Positions 9,995-18,853 of a DNA stretch of 59,847 bases are shown here, one piece after another. This DNA comes from Patescibacteria group bacterium (GTDB taxonomy: Bacteria; Patescibacteriota; Minisyncoccia; Phycocordibacterales; JACZSL01): assembly GCA_022561335.1 (NCBI GenBank), contig JADFRL010000001.1:1-59847 (forward strand). Reading direction: 5' to 3'. The first letter of the stretch is position 1; each line of letters starts with the position of its first letter. A program made the position numbers and the translations under genes. Under the pieces are notes generated by a model. That model was given only the letters and a program-made list of their open reading frames with translations. It made no database searches and was not told the DNA's origin.

Positions 9995-10726
9995 CTAAAA
10001 TTCAAACGCACGCGCTCGAGCCGTCATGACTTCAGGGAGCGTCAGGGCAAATCCGTTTGACCCTCGATACATAAGTCTTCTTTTATCTGTCGAGATATGT
10101 CCGAGTCCTAAAACATGCCCCACTTCATGCGCAAGGACTCTAAAGTCAACGACTGTTGTAAAGTCAGCGACAAATACACTATGCATACCTCCAAATGCCA
10201 CTCCGTTTATTCCCTGAAGAGAACTGACTAAAAAAACATTGATACCCTTTTTATTATATTGGTCTGAAACGAAAGTAATGGTTCGAGGATAATCAAGAAG
10301 TGTTTGAATCTCACCGTCAGAAAGTACGATTTCAGTTATGCTTTCAATTTCAAGATCAATATCCGCCTGCTGCCAAATGACAGAAGCATTTGAAGTAAGC
10401 CTGTCCACGTCAGCACGCGTTCGGAGAGACCCCAGTATTTCATCGTTTCTAATTATAAATACAGTAAGCGGCACTGCCATTTTCTCAGCGGAGAGCAAGG
10501 TCTCTACCGGTTCTTGTTCAATTACTTGCGGAGTACGCTGATAGACAAAATATTGATATAAACCTGAAAGATGTACCATCCCAAGAATTGCAATAAGAGC
10601 AACCCCTGCTTTTAAAAGCGTGCGAATATGGTCCCACAGAGTTTCAGCTTGATCTTCTTCCGGTTCAAATAAATCTTGGTCTGGGAAATCAAAAAAATCT
10701 TTCCTATTATATTCACTGGATTTCAT
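9995..10726 (-). CDS. Membrane-anchored zinc metalloprotease (metzincin/matrixin-like)
   Basis: HEVGHVLGLGH (HExxHxxGxxH) followed by a Met-turn candidate (RRLMY). One TM helix. Confidence 0.6.
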   Translation of the reverse strand: MKSSEYNRKDFFDFPDQDLFEPEEDQAETLWDHIRTLLKAGVALIAILGMVHLSGLYQYFVYQRTPQVIEQEPVETLLSAEKMAVPLTVFIIRNDEILGSLRTRADVDRLTSNASVIWQQADIDLEIESITEIVLSDGEIQTLLDYPRTITFVSDQYNKKGINVFLVSSLQGINGVAFGGMHSVFVADFTTVVDFRVLAHEVGHVLGLGHISTDKRRLMYRGSNGFALTLPEVMTARARAFEF

Positions 10727-11429
10727 AAATCACGTCCTTCCGTTCAACAACAACCTTCCAACCCATTCGCTTCGCGTGCTTATAAAGAGCCGCATTGGGA
10801 TTAAAGCATATGGGAGTTTCAACAAGTTCAAGAAAAGGAACATCTACTTCGGTGTCACCTACACCTATTGAGCCTTTGAGTGTAAGGTTTTCTTTCTCCA
10901 CAGCGCGATGTACGATGTTGGCTTTATTGACAATAAGATGTAAGTCAATTATTTCACCTGTAAAGCGGTCCTCCGGACCGAGCTCATAGATACGTCCGTA
11001 CACCTTGTCAAATCCCAGGTTCTTACAAAAGCCCTCAAGAATTGTTTTGGGCGACTGAGATATCGCAAGTAAAAAGTAGCCCTTGCTTTTCAAATCATGA
11101 ATAAGATCCCTCGTATACCTATACACACGATGCTGCTGCTCTGCTATTACACTCTCTGCAACATCCGCAAAATCTCCATAATGCACTCCCTTAAGGTTTC
11201 TCATAAAAACCCGGACAAGTGCTTCTATGTAGTTTTCGTAGCTACCTCTCCTATCAAGCCACTCTAAATACTCCTTGTTATATTCCTTGACTATATTTTT
11301 TTCAAGAAAACCACCTTTAATGAGTTCATCTAAAAGCTCAGCAATGAGACTTGAGCGGAATATAGTCCCATCAACATCGAAAATAGCCACTTTGTGAGAT
11401 TGTCGATTATTGTCTGTATTATTTTTCAT
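10713..11429 (-). CDS. HAD-IB family hydrolase (phosphoserine phosphatase-like)
   Basis: VAIFDVDGTI (DxDGT motif I). GVGDTEVD late motif. 238 aa. Confidence 0.7.
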   Translation of the reverse strand: MKNNTDNNRQSHKVAIFDVDGTIFRSSLIAELLDELIKGGFLEKNIVKEYNKEYLEWLDRRGSYENYIEALVRVFMRNLKGVHYGDFADVAESVIAEQQHRVYRYTRDLIHDLKSKGYFLLAISQSPKTILEGFCKNLGFDKVYGRIYELGPEDRFTGEIIDLHLIVNKANIVHRAVEKENLTLKGSIGVGDTEVDVPFLELVETPICFNPNAALYKHAKRMGWKVVVERKDVIYEIQ

Positions 11430-11676
11430 ATATCCGCTTCCACCAATATACTCCCTGCCAAAAACCTACTAGGATTCCAAACACAAGAAAGGTCGCCGCG
11501 AATACAGTATGAATGGTAAACCATGTAGTAAATTCAAATCCCAATCCAAACACACCGTAATTTGTAAGGAGTAATTTAATATAGACTATTTCAACAACTG
11601 CATGAATTAAAAACTGAGCGAGTACCCCCAATAGCACAAAGAGGAATATATATACTACTTGTTTAGGAGAAATCAC
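11419..11676 (-). CDS. Small membrane protein
   Basis: 85 aa with two or three hydrophobic helices. 11-nt overlap with the downstream gene. Confidence 0.4.
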   Translation of the reverse strand: MISPKQVVYIFLFVLLGVLAQFLIHAVVEIVYIKLLLTNYGVFGLGFEFTTWFTIHTVFAATFLVFGILVGFWQGVYWWKRIYEK

Positions 11677-11883
11677 TTTAACATTTAAGACAAACTCTAC
11701 TTAACGTTCCTGACAGTATTCATTGCGGCGTCGTGCTTTGCTTTCATGACATTGCGGAATTCACCGTCAAGGATAACACCGGTAAAGAAAGTGACAATAT
11801 TAAGCTTCCAGAAAAAAAATAAGAAACTTTTTAATCATATGCCCCACTCTACTCCTCTTTTTTTGCGATGTAAAGAAAGAAAA

Positions 11884-12564
11884 CTACTTGGCTTTAGGCC
11901 ATAGGCGAGCGGCTTTGGGGTAGATTTTTGTGAGAGGATGGTCAATACAATCATGTTTGCGTGCTCCACACACTTGTCTGCCATATTCAATCATATAGTA
12001 GGTAAAGTTAAACCATTCTTTCTTTGGCAAGAGTCTCATTAAATCCTGCTCAATACGGACCGGATCAGTGTAGCCAGAAAGATCAAAGCGTATTGCAAAT
12101 CGCCGTACATGTGTATCAACAGCAATACCCAAAACTATGCCGTAAGCGTTGCCAAGCACCACGTTCGCAGTCTTTCGAGCTACTCCCGGAATAGTAAGCA
12201 TCTCCTCCATAGTTTCGGGGACCTTGCCGCTAAACTTTTCCTTTATTACCTTAGCGGCACCCAAGACATTTTTCGCTTTATTTTTATAGAACCCTGTTGA
12301 TTTAATCGCCTCTTCAAATTGAGCCACATCAGCATTTACATAACCATCAAGTGTCACATATTTTTTAAATAACTCTTCAGTAACACTATTCACCATTTTG
12401 TCTGTACATTGCGCCGAAAGTATTACGGCAACTAAAAGCTCAAAATTATTGGAATAGTTGAGTACCATGCTGGCATGGGGAAAGAGTTCTTTAAGTTTTG
12501 AAAGTAATTTCAAAATCCGCTTCTTCCGCTCCGCTATTTTTTTTTCTACCCTATTCATGTTCAC
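11884..12564 (-). CDS. nth: Endonuclease III-like HhH-GPD glycosylase/lyase
   Basis: VILSAQCTD, LTIPGVARKTANVVL, GIAVDTHV. Only two of the usual four C-terminal Cys are present (C-x6-C only). Confidence 0.8.
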   Translation of the reverse strand: MNMNRVEKKIAERKKRILKLLSKLKELFPHASMVLNYSNNFELLVAVILSAQCTDKMVNSVTEELFKKYVTLDGYVNADVAQFEEAIKSTGFYKNKAKNVLGAAKVIKEKFSGKVPETMEEMLTIPGVARKTANVVLGNAYGIVLGIAVDTHVRRFAIRFDLSGYTDPVRIEQDLMRLLPKKEWFNFTYYMIEYGRQVCGARKHDCIDHPLTKIYPKAARLWPKAK

Positions 12565-12593
12565 ACGCTTTTTGTTGTAGCATAACTATAGTA

Positions 12594-12625
12594 CCAAAAA
12601 CCACCCCGGCCGGGGTGGTTTTTGG
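12594..12625. terminator. Perfect 16+16 nt palindrome (CCAAAAACCACCCCGG/CCGGGGTGGTTTTTGG), bidirectional terminator-like
   Basis: Read directly. The arms contain A5/T5 tracts. It sits just upstream of nth on the minus strand. Confidence 0.6.
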
Positions 12626-13157
12626 TGTAGTTAGAAACACAGTCAAGAGCATGCTGGCAACGGAAACTAAAGATACACGAGCTAATACTCTTCTTCTTGT
12701 TTATGTGTGACTAATGCGACCCAGTCTTGTTAGTGTTGAGTATTTGGTTGGTGCTTATATGTGTGAGGTCTAATGCCGCCTACGGCAAATAAAAATACTG
12801 ATGTTAAATCAGTGCTTAACTGAGCCGCCACCGAAATCTTGTTAGTCACATCAGGAGAGCCAATATAGTTGAAAGTAATTGTGTGACTGCCTGAAAACTT
12901 AGAAACACGTACATAATTTTCAGTCAACGTAAATAGCCTATATTTTCTACGTTATCCTACTCTCAATTGGCAACTGTTTTCCCTACAGCTATTCCGATTT
13001 TGATAAGTGTCAAAAAACGGATGTTGATGCCCAAAATACACTACCAGGCCAAAGCATCAAACTAATCCAATTATACCGCTTATTTAAGCTATAAATTCTG
13101 CCTTATCCACAGATATAAACAGGTTAATAACTTACTATGAATATGGTTTCCACATAC

Positions 13158-13733
13158 TTACTGACTTAAGCGACGCAGCTTTTTATACCGAAAACAGCTT
13201 GCAACATGATCATTTGCAAGTCCTGACGCTTGCATGAAAGCATAGATTATAGTTGACCCCACAAAGCTAAACCTTCGTTTTTTAAGATCTATACTTAATG
13301 CATCAGATTCACTAGAGGTAGCCGGAATTTGTTCAAATGATTTCCAATTGCCTACCTTTGGTTTTCCTCCGACAAATTTCCATACATAACTATCAAAACT
13401 CCCGTATTCTTTTTGAATTTCTAAGAAAAGTCGCGCATTGCTTACAGCTGCGTTAACTTTAAGCCGATTACGAACTATACCTTCATCTGTAAGAAGACGT
13501 TTAATATCCACTCTCCTATATTTTGCAACTCTTTTTGGATTAAAGTTATCAAACGCTTTTCTAAAATGTTCACGTTTGTTTAAAATAGTTGACCAAGACA
13601 GTCCCGCTTGAAACGAATCAAGAAGTAAAAATTCAAATAATTTTCTATCATTATGCAGGGGTACACCCCACTCGGTATCGTGGTATCTCTCCATAAGCGT
13701 ATCCCCCTGGCTCCAACCACACCGCTTCTTCAT
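13158..13733 (-). CDS. tag: DNA-3-methyladenine glycosylase I
   Basis: RCGW.., YHDTEWGVP, FEFLLLDSFQAGLSWSTIL are Tag family hallmarks. The ATG at 13733 (MKKRCGW) is preferred over the one at 13748. Confidence 0.85.
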   Translation of the reverse strand: MKKRCGWSQGDTLMERYHDTEWGVPLHNDRKLFEFLLLDSFQAGLSWSTILNKREHFRKAFDNFNPKRVAKYRRVDIKRLLTDEGIVRNRLKVNAAVSNARLFLEIQKEYGSFDSYVWKFVGGKPKVGNWKSFEQIPATSSESDALSIDLKKRRFSFVGSTIIYAFMQASGLANDHVASCFRYKKLRRLSQ

Positions 13734-13793
13734 TACCACGATTATCACACAAATCCTAAAAAATGTGTACGAGCTTCAAGTCAGTATAGTGAG

Positions 13794-13836
13794 CAAAAAG
13801 CGGCCAGCATACAGATTTCTCTGATACGCTGACCGC
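13794..13836 (-). terminator. Intrinsic terminator (16-bp stem with G-U pairs and one bulge, GAAA loop, then UUUUUG) on the minus strand
   Basis: Minus strand reads GCGGUCAGCGUAUCAGA-GAAA-UCUGUAUGCUGGCCGC-UUUUUGCU. It lies 45 nt upstream of the tag start. Confidence 0.6.
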
Positions 13837-14100
13837 TTCTCTACAGGCTGCACCAAAACTTTCGAAAGGTAATTATGTCACATGGTCCTAATTGCGATCT
13901 CCTCCGAGACAGACCGCCCGCTTACGCGGATTCCCGGTCAACGTACATCGCAAAAGAGTTGCGCCCTTCTTAGATTCACGCTTTGGCTTGTCACCAGCCG
14001 GATCTGCCTGATGGCTGACCTCGACGATTGGACGATTCCATCGTCCTGCACATCTGCTGGTCCGTTCTATTTTCAGTATCCAACGATTTCAACAAGAAAT
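13837..14100 (-). ncRNA. Candidate structured RNA or long 5' leader of unknown class
   Basis: About 500 bp with no credible ORF on either strand and visibly GC-rich. Local hairpins at 14030-14046 (7 bp) and 13918-13929 (GNRA-closed), enclosed by 13912-16/13935-39. Terminators on both sides. Confidence 0.3.
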
Positions 14101-14105
14101 CAACA

Positions 14106-14134
14106 AGTTATCAACAGTTTATTAAAGCTGTCAA
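14106..14134 (-). promoter_or_regulatory. Possible sigma70-type promoter for the candidate RNA
   Basis: Minus-strand TTGACA (14129-14134), 17-nt spacer, weak -10 ATAACT (14106-14111). Confidence 0.2.
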
Positions 14135-14177
14135 ATTTACACAAACTACTAGTAAAATATAACTTAAAATAAAGATA

Positions 14178-14203
14178 GGCGGCCACATAAAACAGTGGCC
14201 GCC
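14178..14203 (-). terminator. Hairpin GGCGGCCAC-N8-GTGGCCGCC followed by a T-rich tract on the minus strand
   Basis: 9-bp GC stem, 50 nt downstream of the stop of ORF 14253..14450. Confidence 0.55.
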
Positions 14204-14252
14204 CTAAAAACATGAGTGAACTTGACCTTTTTATGACCTTGCCGGTATTAGA

Positions 14253-14450
14253 TTAACCAGCTTCACCGTCCTCACCTCCGGGGACCTTATCCAAGCCTGC
14301 AGCGTCCGGATGGGCAGTGCGGAAAGCACCTTCCGAATTGTACGGGGTGTGTTTCTCAACCCCACAACAGAACACAGCTTCCACTATTGACTCGTCTTCT
14401 GGCTTAGTTCCCATGGTATGGGTCTCCTCATCGAACAGTTCTATCCGCAT
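14253..14450 (-). CDS. Small acidic hypothetical protein (65 aa), GC-rich
   Basis: The ORF has its own downstream terminator and a composition unlike its neighbours. No homology is recognisable by eye. Confidence 0.35.
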   Translation of the reverse strand: MRIELFDEETHTMGTKPEDESIVEAVFCCGVEKHTPYNSEGAFRTAHPDAAGLDKVPGGEDGEAG

Positions 14451-14536
14451 TATTCAATAGAATAAGAGATAAAGCAACGGTTTATCCACATGTTTTTATT
14501 GAAATAAGTAATTTTTTGAAATTACCTTCACCTCCT

Positions 14537-14737
14537 TTAAAGCAAGCCATCGAGGGAGGTATAGGTATCGAGAAAAGAAGGTATTGCAAAAAACAATCCT
14601 ATTAAGGGCAGAACAAATACAACAACAGATACAATGAGTACCCACAAGAAATATCTTCTGGTCTTTTCCACTGACACATATATTTTGTTTAACAATTCCC
14701 TATTTTCTTTAAGTTTCTGAAATAGTTCGTTTTCCAT
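14537..14737 (-). CDS. Small single-pass membrane protein
   Basis: 66 aa with one TM helix (FLWVLIVSVVVFVLPLIGLFFAI). Confidence 0.4.
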   Translation of the reverse strand: MENELFQKLKENRELLNKIYVSVEKTRRYFLWVLIVSVVVFVLPLIGLFFAIPSFLDTYTSLDGLL

Positions 14738-15028
14738 ACTACTTATTAGTTTTTATTAACATTTCTTACTTTCTTGCCCCATTCAAAGCGCGGAGATTCC
14801 CCTCCCGCGTTGTGCTATGACAACAAGCCACCACTCTCCTATGCGGCAGGAGTCCGCTCCCAACCATACTGCTTTTTTCTGGACCAATACCGCTTTTGCC
14901 CTTTGCCTTGCATATTCATAACTATAACAAAATAAGTCTGCTAAAGAAATAAAGGACATAGCATACGCTCACTCGTTTATGAATACATAATTTAGAGCAT
15001 GGCTAAAATAAGACAACGTAGAAACTAA

Positions 15029-16336
15029 TTACATCTGCTCTATCCTTGGGTACTTTACCGCATCAATTTTCTTAAGCTGCTCCACTATTTCTAAGTTCTG
15101 GAGCGTTGCACTTATCTCACGATGTATTCTTTCAATGGTGCCAGAACCATCGATACCCTCTCCACTTATAAGAGGATTACCTAGATACCTGACTTTACCA
15201 CTGCCTTTGATAACAGCGTTAAGTTCTTCCTCCACATTGACAAAGACGTCACCTGAACCGGTGATGCGAACACCTGCCTCACGGCTAACCAAATTGGAAG
15301 CCTCGTAACTTCCCGAACCGTTTATATGGATGATTTGGCGTGTTGTGGTTCCCGAAAGTGTATATCTTCCTGAACCAAATAAAACGGCAATTACTTCATT
15401 TGCTCTAATATCATTCATTTCAACATTACCGGAACCTCTAATAGAGAGCTCAAGCTTATCGGCATTAATACCGGTACTTTGAACAGATCCTGAGCCAGTG
15501 AGATACACAGCCTCAAGATCAGTCACGGTCACAAGATATGTTGATACCGCTTTTCGATAAAGCAATATTTCTAGTAAAGAACGGGAGGCTGACAAATGCA
15601 ATTCTCCATCCAAAACTTCTGTCTTGATACTGTCAATAATACTGGCATCAGCTTTTACAGTAAGAGACACTTCCTTTCCTTGTTTAATAACAAGATTGCC
15701 GGCACCGAGAAATACGATACTGGTGAAAGGGGCCGCTTCGCGTTTCTCTTCAATTATATTTCCTGACAGTCGTCCGCCTATGATCCTTCCGTCTCCAAAC
15801 AACATGCTAAATACAATGACAACGACAAGGAGCGCCGACGCAACTCCTATTATTTTGCCCCATCCTTTCCAAAAATATACCACTACAAGTCCAAAGAAAA
15901 TTAAAATAAGCGGCCAAAACTTTAAAACATCAACGTTTACGGTATCAAAGAGTTCAAGATTTCTTCCGAGATACACCAGACCAACAAAAATAAATACTAC
16001 TCCCAAAAAGAAGCGGGGGGCAACGAATCGATGTCTTTTGCGGCCTTGATGGTGGTGGATTTCTTGACTTTCTACAGTAGGTGGTTCCCCGTAAAGACCC
16101 TGAGCAGACTCTTCTTTAAACAAATCCGGCAATACGTCTGATATGGACTGCATTGTATTCTCTTCTTCAGTATATGCCGGTCCCATTAATATAACGGACT
16201 CCTCATCGCGTTCTTTTTTCTTCTTATTTTTAGATTCTGCTCTCGATTGAACAGTTTCACTTTCTGTTTTTTTATCCTTCTCTTTTTTTCCTCCTTCACC
16301 AGGATGTTCATGTTTACCTCTGGGTTCTTTTGCCAT
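15029..16336 (-). CDS. LiaF-like membrane protein with C-terminal DUF2807/GIN-type beta-helix domain
   Basis: Lys/Glu-rich N-terminus, 3-4 TM helices, then a repeated GSGxV/GSGxY ladder (GSGSV, GSGNV, GSGRY, GSGSY, GSGDV, GSGKV). The ATG at 16336 (MAKEPRGK) avoids overlap. Confidence 0.6.
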   Translation of the reverse strand: MAKEPRGKHEHPGEGGKKEKDKKTESETVQSRAESKNKKKKERDEESVILMGPAYTEEENTMQSISDVLPDLFKEESAQGLYGEPPTVESQEIHHHQGRKRHRFVAPRFFLGVVFIFVGLVYLGRNLELFDTVNVDVLKFWPLILIFFGLVVVYFWKGWGKIIGVASALLVVVIVFSMLFGDGRIIGGRLSGNIIEEKREAAPFTSIVFLGAGNLVIKQGKEVSLTVKADASIIDSIKTEVLDGELHLSASRSLLEILLYRKAVSTYLVTVTDLEAVYLTGSGSVQSTGINADKLELSIRGSGNVEMNDIRANEVIAVLFGSGRYTLSGTTTRQIIHINGSGSYEASNLVSREAGVRITGSGDVFVNVEEELNAVIKGSGKVRYLGNPLISGEGIDGSGTIERIHREISATLQNLEIVEQLKKIDAVKYPRIEQM

Positions 16337-16346
16337 AAAAATAATA

Positions 16347-16940
16347 CTATTCCTTTTTGAAGATAAAATATAAACCAATAAAAATTAGAAACATTGGCCA
16401 TATAATTTCAAACCTAAGTAAATCAGCGGAAAAGAAATTTGAAAGCAGTGCGACTGTACCAATGAGAATGACTATAAGAGCAATGACAATTTCCCCTGCA
16501 CTTCTTTTTTTGAGAACTTCACCGACAGTCGTAAAAACATTTGAGGATGCACTTTTTGAACTGCCGCCTGCAGGTTCATGTGTGTGCACTGCGACCTTAT
16601 TTTCAGAAGAAGTCTCTCCGCGCCCAAGGGGGACAACGAACCATAAAATTATGTATAGAAGCAGACCAATTCCATTAACAAATGTCAATACAACAAACAG
16701 AACTCTAAAAATTACAGGATCAACATCAAAATAATCACCCAGACCGCCGCAAATGCCACCAATAATCTTATCCTTCTGTGAGCGATAGAGCCTTTGTTGC
16801 ATATGTTGAACAGTCATACCGATTGTGGCCATTATAGCTATGAAATTAAATCGTGCAACTGTAACACTCTGAACACTTTTTTTTGACAGAGGTCCTCGGC
16901 CCCGCCTGCCAGTCGTCCGATGCTCATTATATTGTCCCAT
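16347..16940 (-). CDS. PspC domain-containing membrane protein
   Basis: LYRSQKDKIIGGICGGLGDYFDVDPVIFRVLFVVL is a PspC-domain signature. The true start is possibly the internal Met near 16802. Confidence 0.7.
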   Translation of the reverse strand: MGQYNEHRTTGRRGRGPLSKKSVQSVTVARFNFIAIMATIGMTVQHMQQRLYRSQKDKIIGGICGGLGDYFDVDPVIFRVLFVVLTFVNGIGLLLYIILWFVVPLGRGETSSENKVAVHTHEPAGGSSKSASSNVFTTVGEVLKKRSAGEIVIALIVILIGTVALLSNFFSADLLRFEIIWPMFLIFIGLYFIFKKE

Positions 16941-17011
16941 ACAATATGTACAGAATGCTCCCCCTGCTTCCTTTGGCCCTATCAGCCGCTCTTACATTGC
17001 CGGACAGGTGA

Positions 17012-17038
17012 AAATGCAAAAGTAAAACTTTTGCATTT
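17012..17038. promoter_or_regulatory. Perfect 12-3-12 inverted repeat AAATGCAAAAGT-AAA-ACTTTTGCATTT in a divergent intergenic region
   Basis: Read directly. It lies between the divergent PspC-type gene and the metzincin gene, so it is an operator-like candidate. Confidence 0.4.
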
Positions 17039-17092
17039 CGCTCGCTCTGCGTCGCTCATAAGATAAGATAAAATATGTAGTATAGTAACAAA

Positions 17093-17989
17093 ATGCTAAG
17101 CAAAATTTTTACTTTCATTGCAGTCATAGGCTTATTGTTCTTCTTTATGTTCATAGGTCTAACACTTACCCAAACGGTATGTGACAACGTACTTCGTTAT
17201 ACTATTGGAAACTTTGACGATCGCTTTGAAATAAGCAAAGCAGATTTCAAAGCGACTCTCCTTGAAACTGAACGTATTTGGGAGAGTGCTTTTGCTTTCA
17301 ATTTATTTGAATATGACAGCGAAGCAGAATTTAAAATTAATCTTGTATTTGATGAAAGGCAACAATTTAGTCTTGAAGAAAAGATCTTTCGAGGAAAATT
17401 AGAAAGTTCTGAAACCGGTCGAGATTCATTTACCGAAGAATATAAAACATTAACAGAAAAGTATTCGAGTACGGCTCGAGAATATGAAATAGATTTCGCT
17501 CTTTATGAAAAGCACCTCCGTCAATATAATGTCACAGTAAGCAGGTGGAATGAAAGAGGTGGGTCGCCCCCGCAGGTTTATGAGCGGCTCGAGAGAGACA
17601 AAAGTATTTTAGAAAAAGAAGTGGGAAAGCTTGAGCAAAAACGTTTTAACTTAAATAGTCTCGCTGAAAAAATAAACAATGTCGCAAGAGAGAACAATCG
17701 ACTAATTGATGCCTATAATACAGATATATTAACCTACAACAATAAATTTGGAATGCAAAGAGAATTTGATCAGGGCGATTATCGTGGAAATGAAATCAAC
17801 ATTTATCAATTTGATACGCTAAATGATTTGCGTCTAACAATTGCACATGAATTGGGCCACGCGCTCAGACTCTCTCATGTCGATAACTCGTCATCAGTAA
17901 TGTATTACCTCATGGGCGAGCAAAATTTATTAGATCTTAAATTGACAGAAGAAGATATAGAGGCTTTGACACTAGAGTGCGGTCTTTAA
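17093..17989 (+). CDS. Membrane-anchored metzincin/matrixin-like zinc protease with coiled-coil spacer
   Basis: HELGHALRLSH (HExxHxxxxxH) followed by SSVMYY as a Met-turn candidate. N-terminal TM helix. Confidence 0.6.
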   Translation: MLSKIFTFIAVIGLLFFFMFIGLTLTQTVCDNVLRYTIGNFDDRFEISKADFKATLLETERIWESAFAFNLFEYDSEAEFKINLVFDERQQFSLEEKIFRGKLESSETGRDSFTEEYKTLTEKYSSTAREYEIDFALYEKHLRQYNVTVSRWNERGGSPPQVYERLERDKSILEKEVGKLEQKRFNLNSLAEKINNVARENNRLIDAYNTDILTYNNKFGMQREFDQGDYRGNEINIYQFDTLNDLRLTIAHELGHALRLSHVDNSSSVMYYLMGEQNLLDLKLTEEDIEALTLECGL

Positions 17990-18020
17990 AATCGAGTGCT
18001 CAAATCAATATAAGCTTCGT

Positions 18021-18188
18021 CTATACTTGTAACTTGTACAGCTCCTGAATATTTTCTGCGATTCTAATTATTTTGAGAGATGCTTCACTATAGCGCCTAA
18101 AACCAGGGGTAATAAAGACAACAGTAGACTCCCCCGTCTTTGACTTATCAGCCTCGCTTAGAGTATTCAAATGAGTAAAAAGTGACAT
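18021..18188 (-). CDS. Candidate small ORF (55 aa), below the ORF-track cutoff
   Basis: Hand translation gives MSLFTHLNTLSEADKSKTGESTVVFITPGFRRYSEASLKIIRIAENIQELYKLQV. It fills an otherwise empty 275-bp gap. Confidence 0.25.
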   Translation of the reverse strand: MSLFTHLNTLSEADKSKTGESTVVFITPGFRRYSEASLKIIRIAENIQELYKLQV

Positions 18189-18264
18189 GGCCTAATGTCG
18201 ATGTGTTTTCATAATATCATACTCAAAAAGTACCCTAAACAGCTCTGAAAAACTATATCATCTG

Positions 18265-18831
18265 CTAAAAAAACTTAAATAAACTAATCACACCAAATGA
18301 AGCAAGTATGGTAAATATAATGTTTCCAAGGAAAAGTGAAATAAAAACATGGGTAAAGCGATACCTTAGAAAGCCAAGGGGAATTACTAGTACTTCGTTT
18401 GGAAAGGGGGCAAAGGAAGCAAAAAAGAATAAAGCGACTATGGGTGCAAGATAATGTCTTGATTTCATTTTATCAAGACGTTTAAATATTTTTTTGTGAT
18501 GCCATGGCAAGACAAGTCTCCTGCTTGAACGGCCAATAGCATATCCCAACAGATCAGCAACGGTAAGTCCCAACACCATAACGATAACCACTGCCCAAAA
18601 ACTAAGTCCCGCTTCAAGAAAGAGCGGGACAAACGTAACAACGGGTATAGGAATAATGATATTGAATCCGCTTATGACAGATACAATAAATATGCCAACA
18701 TAACCGTATTGAAATATAATGTCGGCAATTATACTGCTACTTTCAGCAAGGTGGGCAAGCCAAAAAGCCAGCGCCAAAATTAATATTATGCCTATCAATT
18801 TTAAAATAGGGCTCAAAATCTTGTATGTCAT
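18265..18831 (-). CDS. DedA/VTT-domain membrane protein
   Basis: 188 aa, polytopic, with DedA-like length and helix pattern. Confidence 0.6.
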   Translation of the reverse strand: MTYKILSPILKLIGIILILALAFWLAHLAESSSIIADIIFQYGYVGIFIVSVISGFNIIIPIPVVTFVPLFLEAGLSFWAVVIVMVLGLTVADLLGYAIGRSSRRLVLPWHHKKIFKRLDKMKSRHYLAPIVALFFFASFAPFPNEVLVIPLGFLRYRFTHVFISLFLGNIIFTILASFGVISLFKFF

Positions 18832-18853
18832 CTATCTTTTTTATACTACGGAT

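Noticed and set aside
11700-11837. Small minus-strand ORF starting at the ATG at 11837 that would need a frameshift in a T8 run (11811-11818) to read through to ..VTFFTGVILDGEFRNVMKAKHDAAMNTVRNVK
   Set aside because: As written it stops after 12 codons. The downstream frame has no start codon of its own. I cannot distinguish a homopolymer sequencing error, a pseudogene or chance.
12730-12927. 65-aa ORF in the 590-bp gap between tag and nth
   Set aside because: It has a TTG start and no SD, promoter or recognisable domain. It may be real, but support is too weak to annotate.
13794-14134. Identifying the GC-rich intergenic RNA candidate as RNase P RNA, tmRNA, SRP RNA or 6S RNA
   Set aside because: The plus strand has ACAGACCGCCCGCTTACGCGG, loosely like the RNase P CR-V ACAGAAxCCGGCUUA. 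There is no GGAAAGUCCGG partner and too little room (about 130 nt). There is no tRNA-like UCCACCA end, no tag ORF, and no GGAA-GGAAGCAG SRP motif. It is left as an unknown class.
13103-14490. Replication origin, suggested by perfect DnaA boxes
   Set aside because: Only single boxes are separated by kilobases. There is no AT-rich unwinding element with a clustered box array, and no dnaA/dnaN nearby.
14760-15028. Moderately GC-rich 290-bp spacer with several 5-7-bp hairpins (e.g. CGCGGAG..CTCCCGCG)
   Set aside because: There are no flanking promoter or terminator signals, and I could find no match to riboswitch consensus motifs I know (TPP, SAM, FMN, c-di-GMP, fluoride, guanidine, ZTP).
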